From NCBI GenBank assembly GCA_046483845.1, contig JAWOCK010000113.1, positions 25,494 through 89,493 of the forward strand: a stretch of DNA of 64,000 nucleotides, read 5' to 3'. Below are positions 1 to 10,550 of the stretch, one piece after another. The notes under the pieces were generated by a model that made no database searches, was not told the DNA's origin, and saw only the letters and a program-made list of their open reading frames with translations. The position numbers were made by a program, and so were the translations under genes. This stretch comes from Thermoplasmatota archaeon (GTDB taxonomy: Archaea; Thermoplasmatota; Penumbrarchaeia; Penumbrarchaeales; Penumbrarchaeaceae). Every line of letters begins with the position of its first letter. The stretch's first letter is position 1.

Positions 1-1963
1 AGGCCGCCACCACCATGGCGATCACAAGGCAGATGATGAAGAACATGTAGAGCAGCCCCATTGCGGAGCCGAAGGTCTCGTCCATTGCCTTTATTATATC
101 ATCCTGGATGGTCACCCGGGAGACCGCCTCCATATTCTCCACTTCTTCTTGGACCTGTTCTGTGTCATCCTTGTCGAAGAGCTTGATGAAGGCACCGGTG
201 GCCATGTTCTCGTCGACAAGCGAAGAAGCTGTACTTCGGTCCAGATAGACCGCCTGCATAAGTATGTCATAGACAATGCCTCCGACCTCGGTCTCCAGCT
301 CCCTGGACCCCACTGTTATGGTGATGTGGTCACCGACAGATACCCCGATCTCGCTCGCCAGCTTGTTGGTGATCACGGACCTGGACAGGTCCAGCTCCCC
401 TGATTCAAGCTGGAAATCCCTTGTCTCCAGCATCCTGTCAGATGCCACAACCACCGTGTTCTCCGAACCACCTCCGCCAGAGATCTGTCCTGCCAGATAG
501 GCGAACGGGATCACGTATCGGGTCTCCTCCATCTCGAACATGGAGGAAACGTTCTCATTGGGCAGGGGGCTCGCGAGGTCCGCCCTTATGTCCCAGGTAT
601 CCTGCTCCGCCTGGTCCTGCATGTAGCCCCATGCGGATTCAGAGAGAACGATCCAGGACCCTGCGATGCCTATCGACATTCCCACCACAAATACGGTCAA
701 TGCGGTCCTTGCGGGGTTCCTGAAGGTGTTCCTGATGCCCATCAATCTCATCTTGGAGATTACGGATATCGAACTGCCGACGGTCAATATTCTGGTCTTC
801 GGTCTATGGTCCATTGCCTCCCGGACGGACCTTCTCGTAATGAAGAAGATGGGGATGCCCACTGATAACATAACACTGCCGTAGGAGAAGAGGAGACCCC
901 ATACGAACGGCATCGGGGCCAGGGGATACGCGACGCGTATGTCGCCTATCAGGGTCATGGTATAGGACATGATCCCCATGGTAAAGAGGAAGGAAAGGAG
1001 TATACCGACAAGCGACCCGATGGTGGCGAGTACGAACCCGAAGTGGAGATATGCAATTGTGATCCTGGGCCTTGAATAACCAAGTGACATGAGGACCCCG
1101 ATATATCTCGAATCGTTCATGACGATCCTGTAGAAGGTCATGAAGATGGAAATGATGCCCACCAGCATGAAGATCACGGAGAACAGAGGGAACATGTTCC
1201 TCATCTTACCCGCCCCGATGTCCATGAAGACGACGCTGGGGTGATCCTCCTGATAGATTATCTCCGATACAGGGAGCCGCCCCAATGAGCTGACCACGTC
1301 TTCCCTCGCTCCATCATGGACCCTGATCAGTATGTTATTTACGCCCATACCGGTCCTTTCCTGCATCTGTCCGAGGTCCATATAGAGAACGACGAAATTG
1401 CCCGGAAGGGGAAGGGAAGAATCCGCTACCGGGGAAGCGAATATATATTCCGCGGTCTGAACGGTGCCGGTGGCGGTGACGTTTATGTCGGTGCCCGTGG
1501 TGGAGAAGTGAAGGGACCCCCCTTTTTCCGCCCCTATGTGCTCCATGCCGGATACAACGACACCCTGTCCCGTGGAAGAGAAGATCTCCCCCTCCTTCAC
1601 AAGGAGCTTGGATATGTCCTCTCTTTCGGGGTTCCGGATGCCGATGATGACGGCAGGATATTTCTCCCCGCCATGATGATAGATACCGTCGAGCTTCAAC
1701 CTGAGCGAATGTGTGTCGACCCCTTCTATCCCCGATATGACCTCCTCCGCCTCACCCTCATCGACCTGTTCGGAGAGGGTGACGAAGATATCCGGGAAAT
1801 TGGTCTCATCGATGAAGGTCTCCATGGAATGGTCGAATATCACCGCCGAGTACAACCCCGTGACGAGCATGGCCATGGCCAAAGACACAACCATGGAAAT
1901 GGCAAAGATCCTCCATTTCATCCTGAAAAGCTTTCTCACCACGCTCTTGTTTATAGATCTCAG
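1..1963 (-). CDS. ABC transporter permease, FtsX/MacB-like (runs off the left edge)
   Basis: Minus-strand frame not in the ORF track, read by hand: LRSINKSVVRKLFRMKWRIFAISMVVSLAMAMLVTG..., with several hydrophobic segments and a 'YIGVLMSLGY' FtsX-type motif. Directly downstream of a LolD-like ATPase. Start is CTG 1963, GTG 1942 or ATG 1921. Confidence 0.8.
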   Translation of the reverse strand, partial: MRSINKSVVRKLFRMKWRIFAISMVVSLAMAMLVTGLYSAVIFDHSMETFIDETNFPDIFVTLSEQVDEGEAEEVISGIEGVDTHSLRLKLDGIYHHGGEKYPAVIIGIRNPEREDISKLLVKEGEIFSSTGQGVVVSGMEHIGAEKGGSLHFSTTGTDINVTATGTVQTAEYIFASPVADSSLPLPGNFVVLYMDLGQMQERTGMGVNNILIRVHDGAREDVVSSLGRLPVSEIIYQEDHPSVVFMDIGAGKMRNMFPLFSVIFMLVGIISIFMTFYRIVMNDSRYIGVLMSLGYSRPRITIAYLHFGFVLATIGSLVGILLSFLFTMGIMSYTMTLIGDIRVAYPLAPMPFVWGLLFSYGSVMLSVGIPIFFITRRSVREAMDHRPKTRILTVGSSISVISKMRLMGIRNTFRNPARTALTVFVVGMSIGIAGSWIVLSESAWGYMQDQAEQDTWDIRADLASPLPNENVSSMFEMEETRYVIPFAYLAGQISGGGGSENTVVVASDRMLETRDFQLESGELDLSRSVITNKLASEIGVSVGDHITITVGSRELETEVGGIVYDILMQAVYLDRSTASSLVDENMATGAFIKLFDKDDTEQVQEEVENMEAVSRVTIQDDIIKAMDETFGSAMGLLYMFFIICLVIAMVVAA

Positions 1964-1974
1964 GCTCTCACCAC

Positions 1975-2652
1975 CTATGAGCCCTCGTGGAGCTTTCCTT
2001 GTCTGAGCACCAGCGTTCTGTCCATGTACCTCTTCAATCTTGTATTGTGGGAGACTATGAGGAAAGTGATACCCAGTTCATGTTGGAGCTCCTTCATTAT
2101 CTCCATGATGGAGCGCTCCCTTTCCTCGTCAAGGTTCCCGGTGGGCTCGTCCGCAAGCACCAGCACGGGCTCCTTGGCAAGGGCGCGTGCAACTGCCACC
2201 CTCTGCTGCTGCCCTCCTGAGAGCTCCTGGGGATAGCTGTTCGCCTTGTCCATCAAACCCACCATCTCGAGGTACTTCCTGGCCCTCTCCTTCATCTCCT
2301 TGCGATCCTTGACTACGCTCTCCAGTCCCAGTTCGACGTTCTCCAGCGCCGTCAGGGTCGGGATCAGGTTGTAGAACTGGAAGATGAAACCGATCCTCTC
2401 CCTTCTGAACCTGTTAAGACCCTTCTTGTCAAGCCCGGTGAGCTCCATACCGTTGACAGAAAGAAGACCGGAGTCGGGTCCGTCTATCCCTCCCAGAAGG
2501 TTAAGCAAAGTGGTCTTGCCGCTCCCTGACGGGCCCATGACCATTACCATCTCCCCTTTCTTCAGTGAGAGGTCCATTCCGTAAAGGACCTCTGTTCTCT
2601 CACCACCTGTCACATAGCTCTTGTTAAGGTCATTTATCTTGACCAAGGTCAT
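1975..2652 (-). CDS. ABC transporter ATP-binding protein (LolD/MacB-like)
   Basis: Walker A GPSGSGKT, GFIFQFYNL, signature LSGGQQQR, Walker B LADEPTGNLD, H-loop SHN. Confidence 0.95.
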   Translation of the reverse strand: MTLVKINDLNKSYVTGGERTEVLYGMDLSLKKGEMVMVMGPSGSGKTTLLNLLGGIDGPDSGLLSVNGMELTGLDKKGLNRFRRERIGFIFQFYNLIPTLTALENVELGLESVVKDRKEMKERARKYLEMVGLMDKANSYPQELSGGQQQRVAVARALAKEPVLVLADEPTGNLDEERERSIMEIMKELQHELGITFLIVSHNTRLKRYMDRTLVLRQGKLHEGS

Positions 2653-2745
2653 TCGATCACCTCGGGAGTATCAGCATACAAGTAGTTCTGCCCATTGCCG
2701 TACATGTAGGGTTCTTTTTATATGTTTATCATATAATGAGGGAGC

Positions 2746-3390
2746 ATGAGAAAAGCAGTGGTCGAGATCGTACCTAACAGATTGGTAAAGGGAATGTGGG
2801 GGAGCTTCTTCGATACGGTGGACCATCTGGAAGGCAGGGAGATCCTTCAGCTCAATTTCGAAAAGGGGGTCAAACTGGTAATAGTGGACATCATCACCAG
2901 GGAAGGATACACCATCGATGATGTGAAACTGCCGTCCGCCACCAAAATAATCAATCTTCTGAAAAGGGAAGGGAACCGATATACCGTCCTTCTAAAGGCG
3001 GTTGTCCTCGGTAAGCCCCTCGGGAATTTCATGAAGCTCTTCGATCTGGATCTGATCTATGACCTACCGTATTACGCAGACAGGGAGCATTTCAAATTGA
3101 GCTGCATCGGCGAAAGCGGGTCGATCAAGAAGCTGGTCACGATGTTGGGACTGCTCGGTGAAGTGAGGACGGTGAGCTTCACGAAAGCCACCTTCAACGT
3201 ACTCAACGTGCTCACCGAAAAGCAGAAAGAGATAATGATAGAGGCCAACAGGCTCGGGTATTACAGGTATCCGAGAAAGGTAAATGCCGGACAGCTGTCG
3301 GAGAGGCTCGGGATAAGCAAGGCCACAACTGTGGAGCATCTCAGGAAGGCCGAGATGAGGATCATCTCCGATCTCCTCGAAGGTTATTGA
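2746..3390 (+). CDS. Transcriptional regulator with C-terminal Bat-type (HTH_10) domain
   Basis: C-terminal LTEKQ...GYYRYPRK...LSERLGISKATTVEHLRKAE motif; divergent from the ABC operon. Confidence 0.85.
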   Translation: MRKAVVEIVPNRLVKGMWGSFFDTVDHLEGREILQLNFEKGVKLVIVDIITREGYTIDDVKLPSATKIINLLKREGNRYTVLLKAVVLGKPLGNFMKLFDLDLIYDLPYYADREHFKLSCIGESGSIKKLVTMLGLLGEVRTVSFTKATFNVLNVLTEKQKEIMIEANRLGYYRYPRKVNAGQLSERLGISKATTVEHLRKAEMRIISDLLEGY

Positions 3391-3471
3391 CAAAGCCACC
3401 GTAAGGAACACCCATGATGGGGCCTCACATCCTTTATCGGCTCGCTCTTTCGGCGTATCACCGCGTGATCC

Positions 3472-3831
3472 TCACAGTGAACATTCTTTGCAGTCCAGCT
3501 TCTCGCAGACCGTACTCTCCACCTTCCACTTCAGGGCCCAGCCCTTGAAACCTTTGATCACATCCACAAGGTCCAAACCGCTTTCGGTAAGTTCGTACTC
3601 GACCTTGATCGGGACCCTGGATGCGTCAACTCTCTTGGTTATGAGTCCCTCAGCTTCCAGCTCCTTCAGACGATTTGAGAGGACCTTGGGAGTGATATCG
3701 GAGAGTCCCGACTTGATCCGTGAGTATCTCTTCGGCCCCCCTCCGTCCCTGTACATCTCCAGTATTATGACCATGGACCATTTCTTCGCTATGAGGTCTA
3801 TGGTCCGGTAGACCGTGCATTGATCGTGCAT
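3472..3831 (-). CDS. HxlR/DUF24-family winged-helix regulator
   Basis: N-terminal Cys, KKWSMVII, ITPKVLSNRLKELE, VPIKVEYELTESG; divergent from hcp. Confidence 0.9.
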   Translation of the reverse strand: MHDQCTVYRTIDLIAKKWSMVIILEMYRDGGGPKRYSRIKSGLSDITPKVLSNRLKELEAEGLITKRVDASRVPIKVEYELTESGLDLVDVIKGFKGWALKWKVESTVCEKLDCKECSL

Positions 3832-3914
3832 GGTTTCCTGCGAGATACTCTACAATTCATATAGTTTGCTATCCTTAGGCTACCTTGTAGATAATAGATA
3901 CAAAGGTGAATATG

Positions 3915-5534
3915 ATGTTCTGCGATCAATGCCAGGAAACGCTCAGGAATGAAGGATGCACGCAGAGGGGCGTCTGCGGAAAGACCGATGAGGTGGCCAG
4001 GCTCCAGGATCTGATGATCCACGCTCTCAGGGGGGTATCCTACTTCCAGGTCCTGAAGAGGGAAGAAGGAAAACCAGACGGGGAGGCCAATGAGATAATG
4101 ATGGAGGCCCTGTTCTCGACCATAACCAACGCCAATTTCGACAGCAACAGGATGATAGGTTACATCGAGGGTTCCTTGAGCATAAGGGACAGGTTGAGGA
4201 GGGAACTGGAGGAGGAGGGTCGTGTTTTCGATGATCTTCCCGACCACGCGCAATGGACCTACGAGAACGGGGAAAAAGCAGCGTCGATAGGCCATCTTTC
4301 CATCGAGGACGAGGACATCAGGTCCCTCTCGCTTCTCCTTCTCTACGGCATTAAAGGGATCGCCGCCTATCTGCACCATGCTTTCATTCTGGGCCTTGCC
4401 GATGAGGATATCTTCGAGTTCATGAACAAAGGGCTTCTCGCTTACAGGGACCCCGATGCCGACACGGGAGCCCTTCTCGACATGGTCATGGAATGCGGGG
4501 GGATGGGGGTCAGGACCATGAAGCTCCTGGATGAAGCCAATACCTCGAATTACGGCGTCCCGTCCCCGCACAAGGTGAACCTGGGGGTGAGGGATCGGCC
4601 GGGGATACTCATCTCCGGACACGATCTGAAGGACCTCGAGGAGCTACTGGAGCAGACAAAGGGGACCGGGATCGACGTGTACACCCACGGCGAGATGCTC
4701 CCTGCACACTATTATCCCTTTTTCGAGAAGTACGACAACCTGGTGGGAAATTACGGGGGCTCCTGGTGGTACCAGATCAAGGACTTCGAAACCTTCAACG
4801 GCCCCGTCCTGCTGACGACCAACTGCCTTGTTCCCCCCCTTGAAGGCTACAGGGAAAGGGTCTACACCACCAGCATAGTGGGATATGAAGGATTACAGCA
4901 CATACCCGATAGAGCACCGGAAGAGGTGAAGGATTTCTCCGGGATCATAGAACATGCCAAAAGGTGCGATCCTCCAAAAGAGATCGAAACGGGTGAGATC
5001 GTCGGAGGTTTCAACCACAGGACATTGTGGGGGCTAAAGGACAAGGTCCTCGATGCCGTACAGAAGGGCAGGATCAATAAGTTCTTCGTGATGGCAGGGT
5101 GCGACGGCAGGCACAAGACCAGGGAATACTACACGGAGTTCGCCCGGTCCCTGCCGAAGGAGGCGGTGATCCTGACCGCGGGATGTGCCAAGTACAGGTA
5201 CAACAAACTGATAACCGACGAAATAGACGGCATACCCAGGGTCATCGATGCGGGCCAGTGCAACGATTCATTCTCACTGGTCTCGTTCGCACTCAAACTG
5301 GCAGAACACCTTGATGTGGATGTGAACGATCTGCCCATCGAGTACAATATCGCATGGTACGAACAGAAAGCTGTCCTTGTACTGCTCTCTCTGCTCCACC
5401 TGGGGGTCAAGGATATCCGTCTGGGACCCACCCTTCCCGCCTTTGTTTCCCCGAACATACTAAGTGTTCTCGTGGACAAGTTCCGGATCGGCCCCAATAA
5501 AACGGTCGAGGAGGACCTTGCGGAGATGGTCTGA
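3915..5534 (+). CDS. hcp: Hybrid cluster protein / hydroxylamine reductase
   Basis: MFCDQCQET..GCT..GVCGK, SGHDL, YTHGEMLPAH, GCDG, DAGQCND, WYEQKA; RBS AGGTGA at 3904-3909 favours ATG 3915 (or 3912). Confidence 0.97.
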   Translation: MFCDQCQETLRNEGCTQRGVCGKTDEVARLQDLMIHALRGVSYFQVLKREEGKPDGEANEIMMEALFSTITNANFDSNRMIGYIEGSLSIRDRLRRELEEEGRVFDDLPDHAQWTYENGEKAASIGHLSIEDEDIRSLSLLLLYGIKGIAAYLHHAFILGLADEDIFEFMNKGLLAYRDPDADTGALLDMVMECGGMGVRTMKLLDEANTSNYGVPSPHKVNLGVRDRPGILISGHDLKDLEELLEQTKGTGIDVYTHGEMLPAHYYPFFEKYDNLVGNYGGSWWYQIKDFETFNGPVLLTTNCLVPPLEGYRERVYTTSIVGYEGLQHIPDRAPEEVKDFSGIIEHAKRCDPPKEIETGEIVGGFNHRTLWGLKDKVLDAVQKGRINKFFVMAGCDGRHKTREYYTEFARSLPKEAVILTAGCAKYRYNKLITDEIDGIPRVIDAGQCNDSFSLVSFALKLAEHLDVDVNDLPIEYNIAWYEQKAVLVLLSLLHLGVKDIRLGPTLPAFVSPNILSVLVDKFRIGPNKTVEEDLAEMV

Positions 5535-5701
5535 AAGAAGATGGATCAAAAGGATGTCCCCGTGAAGGAGACCCGAGGCCCTGTCCAGGATATTATGAAC
5601 CAACCGACAGGAAAAGGCTACCTAAAGTGAGGTGATCACCCGACAAAATTCATATGTGATGAGTTTTATATTTCCCCCGTATAACAATTCGGGGGACCCT
5701 T

Positions 5702-8700
5702 ATGAGATATGATGTGAAGGTTATTGCAATAGTTGTCCTGATGTTGACCACCGCTTTCTATGTGGGGGCGTCATCCGGAAAAGGTCATCCAGGCGGGGAT
5801 GATGAAATTCCCCGAAAGATAGAGCATATCCTCCAGGGAGGATTGGAGCTCGGCGTCCGCGACGTAAGCGACAGCGAGCTGGCCCTCCTCATGGAGAAAG
5901 AGGGGGTAAGTGACGGAAGAGGCGCTCCGCCGCCCATGATAGGCGGCATGGGAACAGGGCTCACACCTCCGACATATGAAGGTTGGAGAGCTGTGCAACG
6001 GGATACAGGATTGATCGATGGTGTCTCCTTCGCAGCTCCCACCGCACTCAACACGTCCAAGGACCACAGTGCCTCCATTCATTTTCCACCCATCGGCAAT
6101 CAGGGTGGAGAGGGATCATGTGTGAGCTGGTCCATAGGATACTACACCAAGACCTATCAGGAAGCCACGGAGCATAACTGGAACCTCTCCGGTGCAGGAT
6201 ACACCGGTTCATGGCCGGGTTATCCCACACCCAGCTTTCAGGACAGGATCATGAGTCCCGATTTCCTCTATCATCAGGTGAACGACGGACAGAAGACAGG
6301 TGGAAGCTATTACCACGACAACGTCAACGTCTGCAAGAGGACCGGGATATGCACATGGAAGAAGATGCCCACCAGCGACAGCGATTACACGAGCTGGCCC
6401 TCGGAGGACGCATGGCGCCAGGCACCGTTGTACAGGACCCGGAACACCACGTACTATATGTGGGTGAACTCGAACAGCGGCATCACCAGCCTGAAGACAT
6501 GGATAGACGGCGGCAATCTTGCCACCATCTCCATCGATGCCGGGAAGTACAGCTCCCTTTCATCAACCACCGGAGGTGACCTCTGGACCAATGCGACCAA
6601 CTGTGTGGAGACCAGGAACCATGCAAATACGATAGTCGGGTACGACGATAATTTCGGACCCTACAGCGAAGGCGGCACCAGCAGGACCGGTGCATTCAAG
6701 GTGGCGAACTCATGGGGAACCGGCTGGACCGGGGACAGCGATTCGGACGGAATGTACTGGATCTCCTACAGGGCGATGAGGGACAGGGTCAACTATGTGT
6801 TCATGATGACCGACCGGACCGCCTATGACCCGGAGATCATCGGTGTTTTCAACATTTCCCACAACTACAGGAGCGATTGCGAGATAACCCTCGGTGTGGG
6901 CAATACATCCAACCCCACCGACTCCAAGAGGTTCGACGATTACTGGTTTGACGGAGGGAGTTATCCCTATCCCAACAACCTGATGGTGCTGGATATGACC
7001 GATTTTTCCTCTTCGCTCAATGATTATTACCAGAAGAACTACTTCTTGGGTGTCAAGGATTCCGGCACTACCACTACCGGGAGCATACTGCAGTTCACGG
7101 TGGAGTATTACGACGATTATGCAAACGGAAGCAAACTCCTCTCCGCCACCTCGACCGATCCCACGGTGTCCACCGTTCAGGGGAGCACCGTGTACGCGGA
7201 GGTCGTTCTCAAAGACACCGAGTATCCTGTATTGATATCGGATAATACCCCCTCGGCTGCCACCACGGGGGACCCCCTCAACTTCAGCGCCGAGATCACG
7301 GACAACCGGGAGGTCTACGGAGTATGGCTGGAGTACTGGATCGGCAGCGGCCCTCACACCAATACCTCCTGCAGCAGAGGGACCGGTGATTCGTGGTACC
7401 TGAACACCACCGCCCCCCATTCTCTAGATACCCTTTACTATATCTTCCACTTCAACGATACCACCGGTTTCTGGAACAGGACCGCCCAGAGCACCATTTC
7501 TGTCACCGACAACGATGTGCCGGTGTTCAACACCTCCGCACTGCCGGCATCCACAACCACGGGGGATATGCTGAACATCACCATCAACGTGACCGACAAC
7601 ATCCAGGTGGCCGATGTGACCATGGAGCACTGGAACGATGACGGAATACACTTGAACACGACCTTGGACCATATCGGAGGGGATCTGTACGGGACGATCA
7701 CCACCGCGGACCCGGAGGGGGCCCTGATGACTTTGAGGTTCAAGAGCCAGGACACATCCGGAAATCGGAACTCCACCGAGAACCTCACAATATCCATACT
7801 GGACAACGACCCACCATTTTTGGTCTCGGACCTCACCGAAGAGAACGGAACGACGGGGGACACCTTCACATTCTCTGTCCAGGTATGGGACAACATCGGG
7901 ACCAACGGCACATGGGTGGAATACTGGTACGGATCGGGCTCCCATACGAACTCCTCCATGGACCCGGTGGGGGGTGACATCTTCAGGCACAATATCACCA
8001 TGGAGAACACGCTGGAGAAACTCTCTTACAGGTTCCATGCGGTGGATACCTCGGACAACTGGAACACCTCCATGGAGAGAGAGGTCAACGTCTCTGACAA
8101 TGATCGGCCAATGTTAGGGACGGACCTTTCCGATGCGTTGGCAAATACGGGAGACAACTTCCGTTTCGCCCTGGAAGCGAGGGACAATGTAGGTCTCCGG
8201 GAGGTATACCTGAACTACAGCGTAAACGGGGTTTTCAGGGGAAACATCTCCTGCTTCCAGGCGATACCGGATGAATGGTACGCCGTGGCAGAGCTTCCAT
8301 CGGACCGGATCGGAACCCTCTCCTACCACTTCTCCGCTGTGGACGGGTCAGATAACTGGAACCGTACAGGGGCATTGAACAGGACCATCTACGACAACGA
8401 CGAGCCAAGGATAATTGAGGACCTTTCCGATACGTCGGCCAATACGGGTGGATGCTTCAGTTTCCTTCTGAACGTCTCGGAGAACATAGGCCTGTTGAAC
8501 GTATCGGTGGAGTACTGGTTCGGGGAAGGTGCCCACATCCATCTGGAACTGGTGGAAGAAGAGACCGGGTTGTGGGGAGGGAACATCACGGTTCCCTTCA
8601 GATCACTGGATGAGCTGAACTATATCTTCAGGGTCGAGGACCAAGCAGGCCTCTCGAACGCAACCGAACCGGTGACGGTCAGGGTCCATGACAATATGGA

Positions 8701-9832
8701 TCCCGTGATCGTCGAATACCCGGAAGGTCTGCTCCCCACCACGGGGGACGAGCTCGAGGTGGAGGTCCGGGTGACAGACAATATAGGTATAGACCTTGTC
8801 CTGATGAACTACAGCTTCGGCGGACAGAAGAACCTGACCCTGGAAATGGAGTTCTCCAAGAACATGAGCTTGGGTGCCGTGATCCGTGTACCGCACATGT
8901 CCGGGGAGCTTAGCATGACCTTCCTGGTCATTGATACTTCCAACAACAGCTTCATTTCAGAGCGCTGGAACTTCCCGGTCAGGGACAACGATCCCCCCTC
9001 CCTGCAGGATTTCAACGACACCGATATCATGCTTGGGGATGCTTTCAGTGCAAATGCCTCTTCATGTTCGGACAACATCAAAATCGCATCGTACAATTGG
9101 ACGGTGACCGGACCGGAGAACATGGACCTCAACGGTTCCTCCATCGAGATACTGCCGACCAAGGCCGGTAACTACACCGTTACCCTGAACGTTACCGACG
9201 AAAGCGGAAACCACAACACCACCACCTTCTGTCTTACGGTATCCGAGCCACCAGGTCCTTCCCTGGAGTTCCGGTTGGAGGTATTGGACGATAACCAAAC
9301 GGTCGGGGAGAACATAACCATCAGTATACTTCTTAGGAACACAGGGGATATGTACACCAACGTCACCTTCGAACTCAACAGCGACGACGAAGGTCTGGAA
9401 GAGTTCGAGGCCTTTGACATCGTCCTTCCACCTGGTTTTATTTTCAACCAGACCCTGGAGGTCCCTTCCTATGCATTGTCCGCAGGCCACCACCGGATAG
9501 AGGTGATGATGTACAACGAGACCATGGACATCCACATCACAAGGATACTGGAATTCACCATCTGGGATCCCGACAATGATGTTCCAATGGACGATGATAT
9601 CGATGACGACGATTCTTCCGATGATGACACAACAATCGACGATGATGATACCGGAGGCAGCCAAGGAAATGATGACGGGACCGGAAAGGTGACCGATTGG
9701 CTCACGAACAACTACATCTTCGTGATAGCGGCGGCAATGGGAATAGTTCTGCTCGCTGTCCTTCTGCTGTTCATGAGGAGGAGGAAGTCTGCCCCGGCAG
9801 AAGGGGAATGGGAAGCGGTATGGGAAGAGTAG
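5702..9832 (+). CDS. Secreted, membrane-anchored papain-family (C1A) cysteine peptidase with six ~98-aa Ig-like repeats and a PKD-like domain
   Basis: Signal peptide; catalytic QGGEGSCVSW, NHANTIVGY, KVANSWG; D-N-D-x-P-bounded repeats; Asp-rich linker, TM helix and RRRK tail. Confidence 0.88.
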   Translation: MRYDVKVIAIVVLMLTTAFYVGASSGKGHPGGDDEIPRKIEHILQGGLELGVRDVSDSELALLMEKEGVSDGRGAPPPMIGGMGTGLTPPTYEGWRAVQRDTGLIDGVSFAAPTALNTSKDHSASIHFPPIGNQGGEGSCVSWSIGYYTKTYQEATEHNWNLSGAGYTGSWPGYPTPSFQDRIMSPDFLYHQVNDGQKTGGSYYHDNVNVCKRTGICTWKKMPTSDSDYTSWPSEDAWRQAPLYRTRNTTYYMWVNSNSGITSLKTWIDGGNLATISIDAGKYSSLSSTTGGDLWTNATNCVETRNHANTIVGYDDNFGPYSEGGTSRTGAFKVANSWGTGWTGDSDSDGMYWISYRAMRDRVNYVFMMTDRTAYDPEIIGVFNISHNYRSDCEITLGVGNTSNPTDSKRFDDYWFDGGSYPYPNNLMVLDMTDFSSSLNDYYQKNYFLGVKDSGTTTTGSILQFTVEYYDDYANGSKLLSATSTDPTVSTVQGSTVYAEVVLKDTEYPVLISDNTPSAATTGDPLNFSAEITDNREVYGVWLEYWIGSGPHTNTSCSRGTGDSWYLNTTAPHSLDTLYYIFHFNDTTGFWNRTAQSTISVTDNDVPVFNTSALPASTTTGDMLNITINVTDNIQVADVTMEHWNDDGIHLNTTLDHIGGDLYGTITTADPEGALMTLRFKSQDTSGNRNSTENLTISILDNDPPFLVSDLTEENGTTGDTFTFSVQVWDNIGTNGTWVEYWYGSGSHTNSSMDPVGGDIFRHNITMENTLEKLSYRFHAVDTSDNWNTSMEREVNVSDNDRPMLGTDLSDALANTGDNFRFALEARDNVGLREVYLNYSVNGVFRGNISCFQAIPDEWYAVAELPSDRIGTLSYHFSAVDGSDNWNRTGALNRTIYDNDEPRIIEDLSDTSANTGGCFSFLLNVSENIGLLNVSVEYWFGEGAHIHLELVEEETGLWGGNITVPFRSLDELNYIFRVEDQAGLSNATEPVTVRVHDNMDPVIVEYPEGLLPTTGDELEVEVRVTDNIGIDLVLMNYSFGGQKNLTLEMEFSKNMSLGAVIRVPHMSGELSMTFLVIDTSNNSFISERWNFPVRDNDPPSLQDFNDTDIMLGDAFSANASSCSDNIKIASYNWTVTGPENMDLNGSSIEILPTKAGNYTVTLNVTDESGNHNTTTFCLTVSEPPGPSLEFRLEVLDDNQTVGENITISILLRNTGDMYTNVTFELNSDDEGLEEFEAFDIVLPPGFIFNQTLEVPSYALSAGHHRIEVMMYNETMDIHITRILEFTIWDPDNDVPMDDDIDDDDSSDDDTTIDDDDTGGSQGNDDGTGKVTDWLTNNYIFVIAAAMGIVLLAVLLLFMRRRKSAPAEGEWEAVWEE

Positions 9833-9902
9833 GGTCGCTGGTTTTTAATAGATGGCCCGCATTGGAGTGCTACGAAATGCAGTTTCGTAGCACGGTGATG
9901 CC

Positions 9903-10550
9903 ATGGCGGGACCTCTTGATCTAAAAGAACAGATAGACCTCCTCAAGGGGCTGGACATCGGAGAACGGGACAGGAAGGTCATGGAGAAGGCCTCCAGGTT
10001 CCACGGCCACATCTGCCCCGGTCTTGCAACGGGGGTGGCGGCCTCCCTGGAATTCCTTGATGACAGAGAAAGAGCTTCCGACGAGGAGCTGGTGGCCGTC
10101 GTGGAGAACGATGCCTGCGGGGTCGACGGCATCCAGGCAGTGCTCGGGTGCACCTTCGGGAAAGGCAACCTGATATTTTGGGACCACGGCAAATCCGTCT
10201 ATACCTTCTATTCGAGGGAGAGCGGAACAGGAAAGAGATACTCGGTCCGGGACCTGCCAGAAGGCGATCCTGATGAAAAGGGTCTGATATCCAGGGTCAG
10301 GTCCGAAGAGGCCACCCCGGAAGAAGAGGAAAGGTTCAGGAGGTTATGGGTCAAAAAGGCCGGGGAGATACTCAGGAACAGGAGGGTGCTCTTCGAAGTG
10401 GAGGAGGCGGAGGAGGAGGTTCCCGAAAAGGCGAGGCTCTTCGATTCCTTCATCTGCCCCCGATGCGGGGAGAGGACGGGGTCACACAGGGCCGTGGAGA
10501 TCGATGATGAGCGGTACTGCATACCATGCTCGGAGAAGGTGGTCCAATGA
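9903..10550 (+). CDS. FmdE-family protein with C-terminal zinc finger
   Basis: FHGHICPGL, ENDACGVDGIQ, GCTFGKGNL, CPRCGE...CIPC. Confidence 0.9.
   Translation: MAGPLDLKEQIDLLKGLDIGERDRKVMEKASRFHGHICPGLATGVAASLEFLDDRERASDEELVAVVENDACGVDGIQAVLGCTFGKGNLIFWDHGKSVYTFYSRESGTGKRYSVRDLPEGDPDEKGLISRVRSEEATPEEEERFRRLWVKKAGEILRNRRVLFEVEEAEEEVPEKARLFDSFICPRCGERTGSHRAVEIDDERYCIPCSEKVVQ

Noticed and set aside
149-2236. Plus-strand ORFs such as 1316-2236, and similar antisense ORFs throughout (e.g. 3798-4622, 49239-50411)
   Set aside because: Shadow frames opposite or overlapping well-supported genes, with no recognisable motifs
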